Virus record (IMG/VR): IMGVR_UViG_3300040733_000035
Length of the DNA: 64,000 nt
Source: an uncultured virus (IMG/VR IMGVR_UViG_3300040733_000035)
Lineage: Duplodnaviria > Heunggongvirae > Uroviricota > Caudoviricetes
Direction: 5' to 3' (one strand)
Shown here piece by piece: positions 18,909-30,783 of the stretch. The position numbers were made by a program, and so were the translations under genes. Each line of letters begins with the position of its first letter. Position 1 is the stretch's first letter. The notes below the pieces were generated by a model. The model was given only the letters and a program-made list of their open reading frames with translations. It searched no databases and was not told the DNA's origin.

Positions 18909-19712
18909 TTACACGCCTTCCGCACGCGGGGGGGAGGGGGGGCCTTCCCCCTCCGAACTCGCGTTCATTTCAATTCTAAATAGCTTCCCTTGAGAATCGA
19001 CACCATACCCAGGAGGCAACACGTACAGACCACTTTCATCAGATTTAATAACATCACGATTGATGGATTCGCAAAAGTCTAACCACCCATGTTGAGTAGT
19101 TATGGGTTCAATCAATTGAACGAACTGATCAATAAACAGAGAACCGGACAATTGTAAATCATGCATAGTGGCGGGTTTAAACGTATTACCATCCCATCTG
19201 GTAACATCGAAATGGTATGTTGCATTGCCAGACTTAGAATCTACTATGATAGATGAATTCAACTGCTCAGCGCCATTAGACTCTGAATAAGATACGTCCA
19301 TGCCGCTTTTACCATAGAAACTGCCTTCAATGCTAGAAACTCTATTAACAACTTCATGTCCAGCAACATCAGTAGTGGTGCGAGTAATATATTTATTCCA
19401 GTAACCACCATCAGCACCGGTCAACGTTACCTCGGATTCTTGTGTTTCAGGATCTTTTTCACCATTACCCCAATTTTTAGCATAATTATACTTAACAGTA
19501 GAATTGTAAAATCCAAGCTCATCTCCCAATTTGGTACCTTCATGTAAAACTGAGCCACTTCCAGTACCATCAACGGTGAGTGTGATAATATTACCACTAA
19601 TGGGAGATAAAAATATCGTAGACAATATCGCACACGCAATACCAAAAGCTAATGCAACAAAGCTAACTAGGAAGATCAGACGAAATGTACGTTCATCAAA
19701 AGTGATCTTCAT
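18909..19712 (-). CDS. membrane-anchored beta-rich extracellular protein
   Basis: N-terminal TM helix followed by an S/T/G-rich domain. Confidence 0.65.
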   Translation of the reverse strand: MKITFDERTFRLIFLVSFVALAFGIACAILSTIFLSPISGNIITLTVDGTGSGSVLHEGTKLGDELGFYNSTVKYNYAKNWGNGEKDPETQESEVTLTGADGGYWNKYITRTTTDVAGHEVVNRVSSIEGSFYGKSGMDVSYSESNGAEQLNSSIIVDSKSGNATYHFDVTRWDGNTFKPATMHDLQLSGSLFIDQFVQLIEPITTQHGWLDFCESINRDVIKSDESGLYVLPPGYGVDSQGKLFRIEMNASSEGEGPPSPPRAEGV

Positions 19713-19718
19713 TATTGA

Positions 19719-20048
19719 TCACCTCTCATAGTTAATTGGAAATACAGCTTTGAGACGAGCAGTAACAGACGCTATTTTGCGCCCAATTAATGCAAGTCGA
19801 TCAGTTTGTTCCAATTCTATCTTAAATTGTTCTTTAGTCATTCCAAGAACCATAGCAAGTTTCTCATCACGTTTTTCAATATCAGAATGTTCCTGTAATA
19901 TAGATGGTATAGTTTCAAGTTCAATAACATTCTCCTTTATCCTACGGTATTGCAAATAGAAAACTACAATACTACCAGCAACATACAAAGACAGAACTGT
20001 ATATGCGACTGGATGGAACCAATAAGGCAACGAAAATTCACTCATCAT
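19719..20048 (-). CDS. single-TM membrane protein
   Basis: N-terminal TM followed by a helical domain. Confidence 0.6.
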   Translation of the reverse strand: MMSEFSLPYWFHPVAYTVLSLYVAGSIVVFYLQYRRIKENVIELETIPSILQEHSDIEKRDEKLAMVLGMTKEQFKIELEQTDRLALIGRKIASVTARLKAVFPINYER

Positions 20049-20400
20049 TGATCATCCCATCAGAAAACTCAATATCATCTCGGAATTTTCGAACACATTC
20101 TTTACGTGCATCGCTATCTGGTGCAAGTCTCATGCACGCATACAATTCCTCATGATGAGAAACGAAGAGATCAAAACTTCGAATCAACTGTTCCTCACGT
20201 TTTTTGATGGCATGCTCTCTAGCAATAGATTCTGCCAACGCTGAACTGAGGATTTCATTGCTCTTTATTTTAAGAGAGAGCAAGTTATTATTAACACGGA
20301 TATCTTCGCGAGCGAGATACACAACGACAATCAATACAAAGATAACAATCGACAAAATCCAGAATGCAACAGGCCAAGTTATATCAGGAAAAAGCATCAT
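20038..20400 (-). CDS. single-TM coiled-coil protein
   Basis: N-terminal TM followed by a coiled coil. Confidence 0.6.
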   Translation of the reverse strand: MMLFPDITWPVAFWILSIVIFVLIVVVYLAREDIRVNNNLLSLKIKSNEILSSALAESIAREHAIKKREEQLIRSFDLFVSHHEELYACMRLAPDSDARKECVRKFRDDIEFSDGMINDE

Positions 20401-20492
20401 GTCCTACCACCGCCGACGATTCTACTATATAGACAATATGTCATTAATCCAAGTACACACAACCATACCAACTGACAAAGCGATTCGAACAT
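20397..20492 (-). CDS. 31-aa TM microprotein MFESLCQLVWLCVLGLMTYCLYSRIVGGGRT
   Basis: Manual translation; ATGA overlap with the next gene. Confidence 0.5.
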   Translation of the reverse strand: MFESLCQLVWLCVLGLMTYCLYSRIVGGGRT

Positions 20493-20573
20493 AACACACA
20501 ATTGGTTATTGACTATTTATAGAATCCCATAACACAACAATACTTAAATACCAAATGTAACAACATATAAAAC

Positions 20574-20726
20574 ATGACAAACGATAAAAAAGTGATAAGG
20601 GTACATGAAGACGATTGGATAAGATTAAAAAAAATACAATTAAAAATGGGAATATACCAAATGTCACCATTGATAAAATCAATATTAGATATTGTAGAAA
20701 AACATTTGAAGGAGGAATCTAAATAG
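20574..20726 (+). CDS. 50-aa ribbon-helix-helix-like regulator
   Basis: Manual translation MTNDKKVIRVHEDDWIRLKKIQLKMG...SPLIKSILD. Confidence 0.6.
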   Translation: MTNDKKVIRVHEDDWIRLKKIQLKMGIYQMSPLIKSILDIVEKHLKEESK

Positions 20727-20728
20727 AT

Positions 20729-22180
20729 TTGCATTTTATATCAACAGGAGATTTTGGATATCAGCATATGCTGAGTGTGGCAAGCGCGATTGAGACACAA
20801 AAAGTAGACAAAATAAACCTATGGTGTACAGTAGAGCCAAAAGGAAAATTTTACGATGCAATAAAAAACAAAGTGAATACAATAAAAATAGACAATATCA
20901 ACAGAAAAGCGATAGAGAAAGATGAGACATTTAAAAAAGTGCATATGAAAGATGCAATACAATGGAACATACTATATGAACACGGCGGCATGTCACTAGA
21001 TTTAGATGTAATATGTACGAAGGATATGAGCAATTTAATAGCATTCACAGATGTAATAGCATCACTCGACATAAAAAATGAAAATTCAATTGCATTTCCA
21101 TTCAATAATGCAATAGTGATAGTAGCAGGAAAACACAATGAAATGATAAATCAAATATTGCAATACACAAATGGAAAGATGCAATTAAGTATAAATTGGG
21201 GAGATACTGGACCAATAATATTAAGCACAGCAATGAAGATGATGAAACGAGCTTCACTTAGCGCAATGTACGCACCACATGAAGTACTAAATCCGTGGGG
21301 AGGAAGAGAAATAGGAATAGTATATGAAGAAAACGAAAACACACAGTTACCAACTGAAACAAGAGCAATCCACTTATACGCGAAGGCAAGTGGAAAGAAA
21401 TTTGATGATATAAATTCAACGTGGGTAAAAAACAGTAAATCATTGCTGGCGAGAACAATACGCAATATAATACCAAAAAACATATGGGAAATCGAAGAAA
21501 ATTTGAATGTAGAAAAATATTTAAATGCACGAGGAAAACATTACAAACGTTTATTCGATGTAATCGGGGAAAACGATATAAAACATATACTCGAAATCGG
21601 AACAAGCAGTGGAGAAACTGCAATCGCAATGATAAAAAAAGCAGGAGAAACGAAAAACGAAGAAGATATACATTATTATGGAATAGACTTATTCGAGAAC
21701 GCGACTGACGAACAATTAGAGGAAGAATTCAGTGGAAATTATGGGAAAAACAAGTTAGAAGATGTAAAAACAAAATTGGAAACAAGAACAAAAGCACATA
21801 TACACTTAAACGAAACAAATCTGCCAAAAATGGATATAATATACATAGATGGAGGACACTCGATAAAAACAATCGATGAAGATTGGAAGATGGCACAGAA
21901 ATTAATGCACATAAACACAGTTGTGGTATTAGATGACTACTTTTCAGAAATGGGATTCATAGGAGCAAAACAAACAGTAAACAATATTAAAAAGAACATA
22001 ACTTATGATGTGGAAATATCAACTGAAATTGATGATTATAAACACAATTTCGGAAGATTAAGAACACAATTAGCGATAGTGAAAATTCACAATGAAATGG
22101 AAAAAAAAGAACAACCAAAAACGAAACCAGAATACAAAAACGAATGGGCAAAGGACATCATGGGAAGGATAAAGAAATGA
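20729..22180 (+). CDS. glycosyltransferase (GT32/DXD type) fused to a class I SAM methyltransferase
   Basis: ILYEHGGMSLDLDV, FNNA, WGDTGP; ILEIGTSSG, YGIDLF, IYIDGGH, VVVLDDY. Confidence 0.85.
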   Translation: MHFISTGDFGYQHMLSVASAIETQKVDKINLWCTVEPKGKFYDAIKNKVNTIKIDNINRKAIEKDETFKKVHMKDAIQWNILYEHGGMSLDLDVICTKDMSNLIAFTDVIASLDIKNENSIAFPFNNAIVIVAGKHNEMINQILQYTNGKMQLSINWGDTGPIILSTAMKMMKRASLSAMYAPHEVLNPWGGREIGIVYEENENTQLPTETRAIHLYAKASGKKFDDINSTWVKNSKSLLARTIRNIIPKNIWEIEENLNVEKYLNARGKHYKRLFDVIGENDIKHILEIGTSSGETAIAMIKKAGETKNEEDIHYYGIDLFENATDEQLEEEFSGNYGKNKLEDVKTKLETRTKAHIHLNETNLPKMDIIYIDGGHSIKTIDEDWKMAQKLMHINTVVVLDDYFSEMGFIGAKQTVNNIKKNITYDVEISTEIDDYKHNFGRLRTQLAIVKIHNEMEKKEQPKTKPEYKNEWAKDIMGRIKK

Positions 22181-22737
22181 TATACGACACGGAATACTTC
22201 AAAAAGATAGACGAAGAGGAAACATTACAGGCAAAACGACTATATGACATACTAAATGACATGTACGCGCCGTGGTCTGTAATAGATTGGGGATGTGCTA
22301 CTGGATTGTATTTACTACCATTCGTGAAAACATCATATACAGTAGGAATCGAAATAGCAGACGCAGCAATTGCATTGGCACCGCCATTGTTAAGAATAGA
22401 AAAAAAGGATATGACAAAAGAAACAGAAACGACGAAATGTGCATTGGCGATGTGTCTGGAAGTAATAGAGCACATAGACGAGCAATACGAGGACATTGTA
22501 ATAGAGAATATAACAAAATCGTCAGACAGACTTATAATATCAATTGCGGCTGAATGGCAAACGGGAGAAGGACATGTAAACTCGAAACCAAAAGAATATT
22601 GGATAAGAAAGTTTTACGACCACGGATTTATAGTAAATGAACTGGACACAACAAGAATAAAAGAACACATGTTGAATGGATATCACTTGGGATGGCTAAC
22701 AAACAACGTAATGGTATTACAGAGGGTGAAAGAATGA
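22177..22737 (+). CDS. class I SAM-dependent methyltransferase
   Basis: SVIDWGCATG, CLEVIEHI, GEGHVN.KP.EYW. Confidence 0.85.
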   Translation: MIYDTEYFKKIDEEETLQAKRLYDILNDMYAPWSVIDWGCATGLYLLPFVKTSYTVGIEIADAAIALAPPLLRIEKKDMTKETETTKCALAMCLEVIEHIDEQYEDIVIENITKSSDRLIISIAAEWQTGEGHVNSKPKEYWIRKFYDHGFIVNELDTTRIKEHMLNGYHLGWLTNNVMVLQRVKE

Positions 22738-23885
22738 TAACTTTACATGTGATGGGATTGGCACACTTACCAACCGTGGCAATTGATCCAGTATTTGCGT
22801 GTGCATATACTCAGAAAATCAGAAGATTTTGCTCGATGATGAAAAATCACGGAGGATACAAGATAAATTTTTACGGATTAGAAGGAAGCAAAGTAGAAGC
22901 AGATGAAACAATAGTAGTACTGACAGAAGAAGAGAGACAGAGAATATATGGAGACTTGGAATCGTATGCAAAACAATTTTTCAAACACGGAGGAAATGAT
23001 GAAGCATACACGATATTCAAGAAAAACGCAATAAGAGAAATACGACAAAGAACAAAGGCAGGAGACATTTGGTGCAATCCAATGGGAAATTATTATGGAG
23101 AAATGGCAAAACCAGTGCATGATGGAGGAATAGATAACTCAGGGAAAGGAGGGAATGGCGATCAATTACAAGGAGTGCCATTCTTGGTGGAATCGGGGAT
23201 TGGATATGATGGAATATTAGGAAATACACACAGAGTATTCGAATCAAATGCATGGAGACATTACGTATATGGAGAATACCGAGGATGGAGGCAATGGTTC
23301 ACAAACGGTGATTTCTACGACACGGTAATACCAAATTTCTATGACAAGAACCACTATACAAATGGAAACAAAGAAGACTACTTTTTCATGAATTGCAGAA
23401 TAGCACAAAGAAAAGGAATACACATAGCAATTAAAACGGTAGAAGAAATGGGAGGACATCTAATAATAGCAGGACAGCCAGGAGAAGAAGTAAAATTGGA
23501 TTCACCTAATGTCGAATACATAGGTTATGTATCAGAGAAAGACAAAATAGACCTATTATCACACGCAAAAGGACTGTTTTCACCAACACTGTATATTGGG
23601 CCATTCGAAGGAATAACAGCAGAGGCAATGATGTCTGGATGTCCAGTAATAACAACGGATTTCGGATGTTATACCGAGACAGTAAAACATGGAATAACAG
23701 GATTCAGATGCAATATGCTAAAAGATTTCGTGAAAGCCGCAAAAAATATAGATAAAATTGATCCAATCGACTGTAAGAAATGGGCAATTGAACAATTCTC
23801 AATGGAAACTTGCGCACCAAGATATAATGAATTCTTTCAAAGACTTGAGGATCTTTACAAAAAAGGATGGGAAACTTTAGAATAG
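22734..23885 (+). CDS. GT-B glycosyltransferase (GT4-like)
   Basis: RIAQRKG, PFEGITAEAMMSGCPVITTDFG..ETV.HG.TGF. Confidence 0.88.
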   Translation: MITLHVMGLAHLPTVAIDPVFACAYTQKIRRFCSMMKNHGGYKINFYGLEGSKVEADETIVVLTEEERQRIYGDLESYAKQFFKHGGNDEAYTIFKKNAIREIRQRTKAGDIWCNPMGNYYGEMAKPVHDGGIDNSGKGGNGDQLQGVPFLVESGIGYDGILGNTHRVFESNAWRHYVYGEYRGWRQWFTNGDFYDTVIPNFYDKNHYTNGNKEDYFFMNCRIAQRKGIHIAIKTVEEMGGHLIIAGQPGEEVKLDSPNVEYIGYVSEKDKIDLLSHAKGLFSPTLYIGPFEGITAEAMMSGCPVITTDFGCYTETVKHGITGFRCNMLKDFVKAAKNIDKIDPIDCKKWAIEQFSMETCAPRYNEFFQRLEDLYKKGWETLE

Positions 23886-25178
23886 ATACGAAGGGGCAGC
23901 GTAACCTCTCATGGGATATATACTTGTACGGGCAGTGGAATAATTACCTACGAAATACCACGTGTCCATAGTTATTTTTTGACCATATGAAAATGATCTG
24001 TATATAAATGGTTCTAAGCACACGACATCATCTAGAGCACTGGCACCAGGATTAAAATGAACTGCAACAGATTCATCAGTCCATGTGGAGTATGTATCAT
24101 AAATGTCACTATGATTACAGTATTGAGTAACACCAAAATAGGTATAACCAGACCCAAGCGTAGCAGACTGCCAACCTTCGGGGTTATGCGGAGAATAAAA
24201 GAAGATGGAATTTGGATATGTTCTACCAGGAAGCGCACTTGAATTAAGCAGACTGGCGAGTGCATTGGTCCAGGCGGTACCAGACGCAGTGCCACTAGAA
24301 TATTCAGTACTCTCAGGAACATAAAGGCCCCACCAATTAGTCTCAGGAGGAACATATACATACGCATACGCAGCTAACATGGTAACAACAGGAGCAAATG
24401 CAACGAACCTTGTACCAGACTCACGGTTATGAACAACATAAGTAATTCTGATTCTTTCAGGGGCATCGGTGTAGACTTTAACATATTGCTCAAGATAATA
24501 ATCCATAGGATAAGCAACATTTATAGGACCGACATAAGCACCATCATTGAAATTATACATGCGACAACAGGTATAATAACCACCAGAATATTCGCCAGAT
24601 ACAATATCACTGGCTGCTAAACAGTGAGGAACCATTCCATAATATGAACCTCCCTGTGTAGGATTCCATGCACCGGCGCTAGTTAAATCGAAACATGCCA
24701 TCTGAATGCCTTTGCCATTACCATATTTACCAGGAAATACTACACTGCTATTGTATGGATCTTCAACAATCATTTCGACACCAGAAAACTTGAGGCTGGT
24801 TATCTCACCTCCAATAGTCTTGTTGATGACAATAGAAATGTTGCCACCAACACCACCAGTAAGAGTTTTAGTGCCAGTATAATCACCAGTTGGTATAAAC
24901 CAGCCAGAATCAGACACTGGCTGAAATGGAGTAGCTGCATATTCAGAAACGCCAGCGGCACCAGTGGCACCTGTGGCACCGGTGAGGCCGGTATAACCAG
25001 TCAATCCTCGCACACCAGCGGGCCCTGCTATACCGACAGCACCAGGAAGACCACCAAGATCAGCATAATTCTTTGACACGAGGGATTGCAAAAGGGAAGG
25101 ATTTGCGATATTATCGATATAATAATTATTGATATCGAAATTACCAGCAACCTTACCACCTGGTTGAATCCTCTTCAT
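23877..25178 (-). CDS. fibre protein: stalk motif, short collagen, C-terminal beta-sandwich (carbohydrate-binding-like)
   Basis: DINNYYIDNIANP...SKNYAD, GXY run, aromatic-rich C-terminal domain. Confidence 0.65.
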   Translation of the reverse strand: MKRIQPGGKVAGNFDINNYYIDNIANPSLLQSLVSKNYADLGGLPGAVGIAGPAGVRGLTGYTGLTGATGATGAAGVSEYAATPFQPVSDSGWFIPTGDYTGTKTLTGGVGGNISIVINKTIGGEITSLKFSGVEMIVEDPYNSSVVFPGKYGNGKGIQMACFDLTSAGAWNPTQGGSYYGMVPHCLAASDIVSGEYSGGYYTCCRMYNFNDGAYVGPINVAYPMDYYLEQYVKVYTDAPERIRITYVVHNRESGTRFVAFAPVVTMLAAYAYVYVPPETNWWGLYVPESTEYSSGTASGTAWTNALASLLNSSALPGRTYPNSIFFYSPHNPEGWQSATLGSGYTYFGVTQYCNHSDIYDTYSTWTDESVAVHFNPGASALDDVVCLEPFIYRSFSYGQKITMDTWYFVGNYSTARTSIYPMRGYAAPSYLF

Positions 25179-25405
25179 GGTCCTGTAGCTCCTGTCGCAC
25201 CAGTAGCACCAACTAGACCAGTATAACCACGAGCACCAGTTGCACCAGTGGCACCGGTAGGACCAGTTGCGCCTGAATGAGTATCGACATAGCCTTTAGT
25301 AGTTCCGCCGGTAGCGCCAGTGCCGGCGGTGAGATTGATAATACTGTAGTTATCCATATCAACATTGCCAGCAAACACTGTACCAGTTGGAATTACTCGG
25401 ACCAT
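25175..25405 (-). CDS. short collagen-like protein, paralog of the 23877-25178 N-terminus
   Basis: AGNVDMDNYSIINL...TKGYVD followed by GAT/GPT triplets. Confidence 0.65.
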   Translation of the reverse strand: MVRVIPTGTVFAGNVDMDNYSIINLTAGTGATGGTTKGYVDTHSGATGPTGATGATGARGYTGLVGATGATGATGP

Positions 25406-25413
25406 TTAAACAC

Positions 25414-26124
25414 CTATACCATAATGACCTGTGGAAGAATCGCATTAGCAGATACATACGGCGCGAATGAGGCTGCCGTTATCGCGTAGCCACCTGAACT
25501 TGTGGCTAGAGTCATATTTGCAGCAAAAGTTCCAGCCGGAGTTTTCACACCGGTACTCCTCTGAAACTCGGTATCGCCAAAGGAACCTCCATATAGCAGA
25601 ACCCCCGCTATATGCGTCGAGCCGGAGCCAACGGTGATAGTGCCGTCGCTTTCATCAGTACCATATATACCAGCGGCGACAACATAGCAGTTATCGGCTA
25701 CCGTTGTGACGTTTACCGTTTTGGCTCCGGTGCTGGTTCCGGTAGTGCCATTCGAGGCATCGGCTGCATTGACCTGAGCTGCCCCACTGAATGATATGCT
25801 GGCACCACATCCGGATGTACCATTTAAAGGATCGTAATTTGATATGGTAGCACTCACAGTATGGCTGCCAGAAGCGGGAGCTTTCAAGACCCAGAGACTA
25901 GATTCGACCTTAAAGTATGTGGTCGATTTTTGGTCGCCACGGACCTTCGTCATGGCGACACCGTTGTATGTGACTCCAGAACAGGTCGGCTGGACCTCGT
26001 AGCTATAGACCATGACCCCCACAACGAGAAGCATATTCTCGCCGGACCCAACTACGTGAGTCCAGGTGATCGGACTAGTATAATCATCCCCGCTAGATCC
26101 GGTCGCATCAACTGCCATGGCCAT
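25414..26124 (-). CDS. beta-rich putative virion adhesin, compositionally atypical
   Basis: VTYNGVAMT..., LKAPASGSHTV; lacks the genome-wide A/T skew. Confidence 0.65.
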   Translation of the reverse strand: MAMAVDATGSSGDDYTSPITWTHVVGSGENMLLVVGVMVYSYEVQPTCSGVTYNGVAMTKVRGDQKSTTYFKVESSLWVLKAPASGSHTVSATISNYDPLNGTSGCGASISFSGAAQVNAADASNGTTGTSTGAKTVNVTTVADNCYVVAAGIYGTDESDGTITVGSGSTHIAGVLLYGGSFGDTEFQRSTGVKTPAGTFAANMTLATSSGGYAITAASFAPYVSANAILPQVIMV

Positions 26125-26125
26125 T

Positions 26126-27087
<962 letters not shown>

Positions 27088-27091
<4 letters not shown>

Positions 27092-27420
27092 GCAGCATCA
27101 TCTCCCCAGGAAGCAAAAAAATCTATTTCTATTGTAGGATCAGCATCAAGTACAACCATGAGAGACTTATCAACATCATCCAAGACATGAATACTGTCAT
27201 CTATGATAGTTTCACCACCCGCAAGTGTAGTTTTGAAAAGAATCCTGCTATCGGAACCATGATAAAGATAATACGTGAGAATAACCGATTCAGCGGCCAT
27301 GCGATTATGAAACGTAACATTTTTAACGATACGTTTAACGCCAGCGCCAGGAGCAGCTACCACAGTGACGCCTGTATTTGCATTGGAAACACCATCATTA
27401 CAACTTTCACTAAATGTCAT
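27088..27420 (-). CDS. small beta-sandwich structural protein
   Basis: [20 protein letters not shown]; operonic between collagen genes. Confidence 0.6.
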
Positions 27421-27426
27421 TCATTA

Positions 27427-29187
<1,761 letters not shown>

Positions 29188-29190
29188 CTA

Positions 29191-30684
29191 ATGTCTCTGC
29201 CAATAGACCCAGGAACAGCAATACCGACACACATTCAGGAATTCGATGGTTTCGATGTTGCAACAATAGATAGCAATAGATGGAATGATCCGACTATAAA
29301 CGGATCAACGAACATAGAACAAACGGGAGGAAACTTAGTTTTCACGAATTTGGGAGTGGACGCTGGAATATCATATTATGAAACAATACGGACCTTCGGG
29401 AAAAATTGGAGAATAACAACAGATCTAAAAATAACAACAACTACAGGGACATTGGGAACAATTGCATTGGTCCTTTATAAAAATTCAACATGCTACCTCA
29501 AAATGGGACCATATAAAACAAGTACTATAGATTGTAATTGCTACCTGAGATATAAAAATGGCGAAGACGATGAGACAGGACTGGCACTTACCGGCGATGT
29601 GATAGATACAACAGATCAACACAATTACACATTCGCGGTAATAAATGACACTGTGATAATATACTACGATGGGATAATGATAACATCAATTCCATTCGGA
29701 GAAATGACAAATTACACGGTAAGAATAGAGGCAGGAACGGCAACAAGTACAGACACATTGGTAGCAAGCGCAGACGATTACGAAATTATAAACAACATAG
29801 ACACGTTAATGATAACCATTGGTGAAATGGTTAAAGAAATTCACGACAGAATAAACAACGTGGGAACTTCGATTGTAAACGATATAGAAGGAACATTATC
29901 ACTAACGGATACAACGGAACAATTTATAACATTGGAACAAGACACATATGGAACAAAGTTCAAAGTAAACATGTTTGCAGATCTGGAAGGAGCAAGCATA
30001 GGATATTGTAGATTATATGCAAGTGGAGATGGAACATTCACAGATCAAGACGATGTTGCAAATTCATTACAATCAAACACGGTTCTGTTGATACCAGCAA
30101 CCGGGGCAGCGGTGGGTGATTGTGTATATTTTGGAAACAGTGTAATATTCAATCGCCTAGATGTATACATGGAACAAGGAATTTCAAACACAGATAATAC
30201 CTATGCATGGGAGTATTGGAATGGAAGTGCATGGACAGCAATAACATTGACAGCAGATGGAACAAATAATGGAAAAGTGTTCGGAAAATCGGGAAGTGTA
30301 TTATGGTCAGACACATTACACACAACGACAGTAAATAGCATACTGGCGTATTGGGTAAGAGCACGAGTGACGGTATTGGGAAGTGCGAAACCAAAGGCAA
30401 CGCATTTACAAGTATCAAACTCGATTTCAACTGGATTTGACACGAGAGCAGAATTTTTGAGCACGCTAGTAATAAGAATATACAGAAAACGAAACGATGG
30501 TGAATATGCGACATTGCCGATTGATATTGGATTACCATTCACACAGTGCATAGTATACAGAAACGTGGAAATTAGCAATTTGCCAGCATGGAGTGATATA
30601 AAAATAGGATTCAAATTATCAGAAACCCCATTATTACCAATATCAATACAATACACTGGATATGCTGAAACTATAGAGGGTTAG
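29191..30684 (+). CDS. putative virion protein (lectin/ConA-like beta domains)
   Basis: Thr-rich beta protein, YAWEYWNGSAW...YWVRARV; divergent from the collagen operon. Confidence 0.6.
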   Translation: MSLPIDPGTAIPTHIQEFDGFDVATIDSNRWNDPTINGSTNIEQTGGNLVFTNLGVDAGISYYETIRTFGKNWRITTDLKITTTTGTLGTIALVLYKNSTCYLKMGPYKTSTIDCNCYLRYKNGEDDETGLALTGDVIDTTDQHNYTFAVINDTVIIYYDGIMITSIPFGEMTNYTVRIEAGTATSTDTLVASADDYEIINNIDTLMITIGEMVKEIHDRINNVGTSIVNDIEGTLSLTDTTEQFITLEQDTYGTKFKVNMFADLEGASIGYCRLYASGDGTFTDQDDVANSLQSNTVLLIPATGAAVGDCVYFGNSVIFNRLDVYMEQGISNTDNTYAWEYWNGSAWTAITLTADGTNNGKVFGKSGSVLWSDTLHTTTVNSILAYWVRARVTVLGSAKPKATHLQVSNSISTGFDTRAEFLSTLVIRIYRKRNDGEYATLPIDIGLPFTQCIVYRNVEISNLPAWSDIKIGFKLSETPLLPISIQYTGYAETIEG

Positions 30685-30783
30685 TATTTTTCGTTTCTTT
30701 TTCTTTTATTTTATCAAACGCCGATGAGATAGTGACAATAGTAACAGGGGATAATTCAATATCATGCGGCTGACTAATCGCAA

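Noticed and set aside
29191..30684. Invertible segment (gene opposite to its neighbours)
   Set aside because: No flanking inverted repeats or recombinase seen, and the gene has the normal + strand skew, so the orientation is old.
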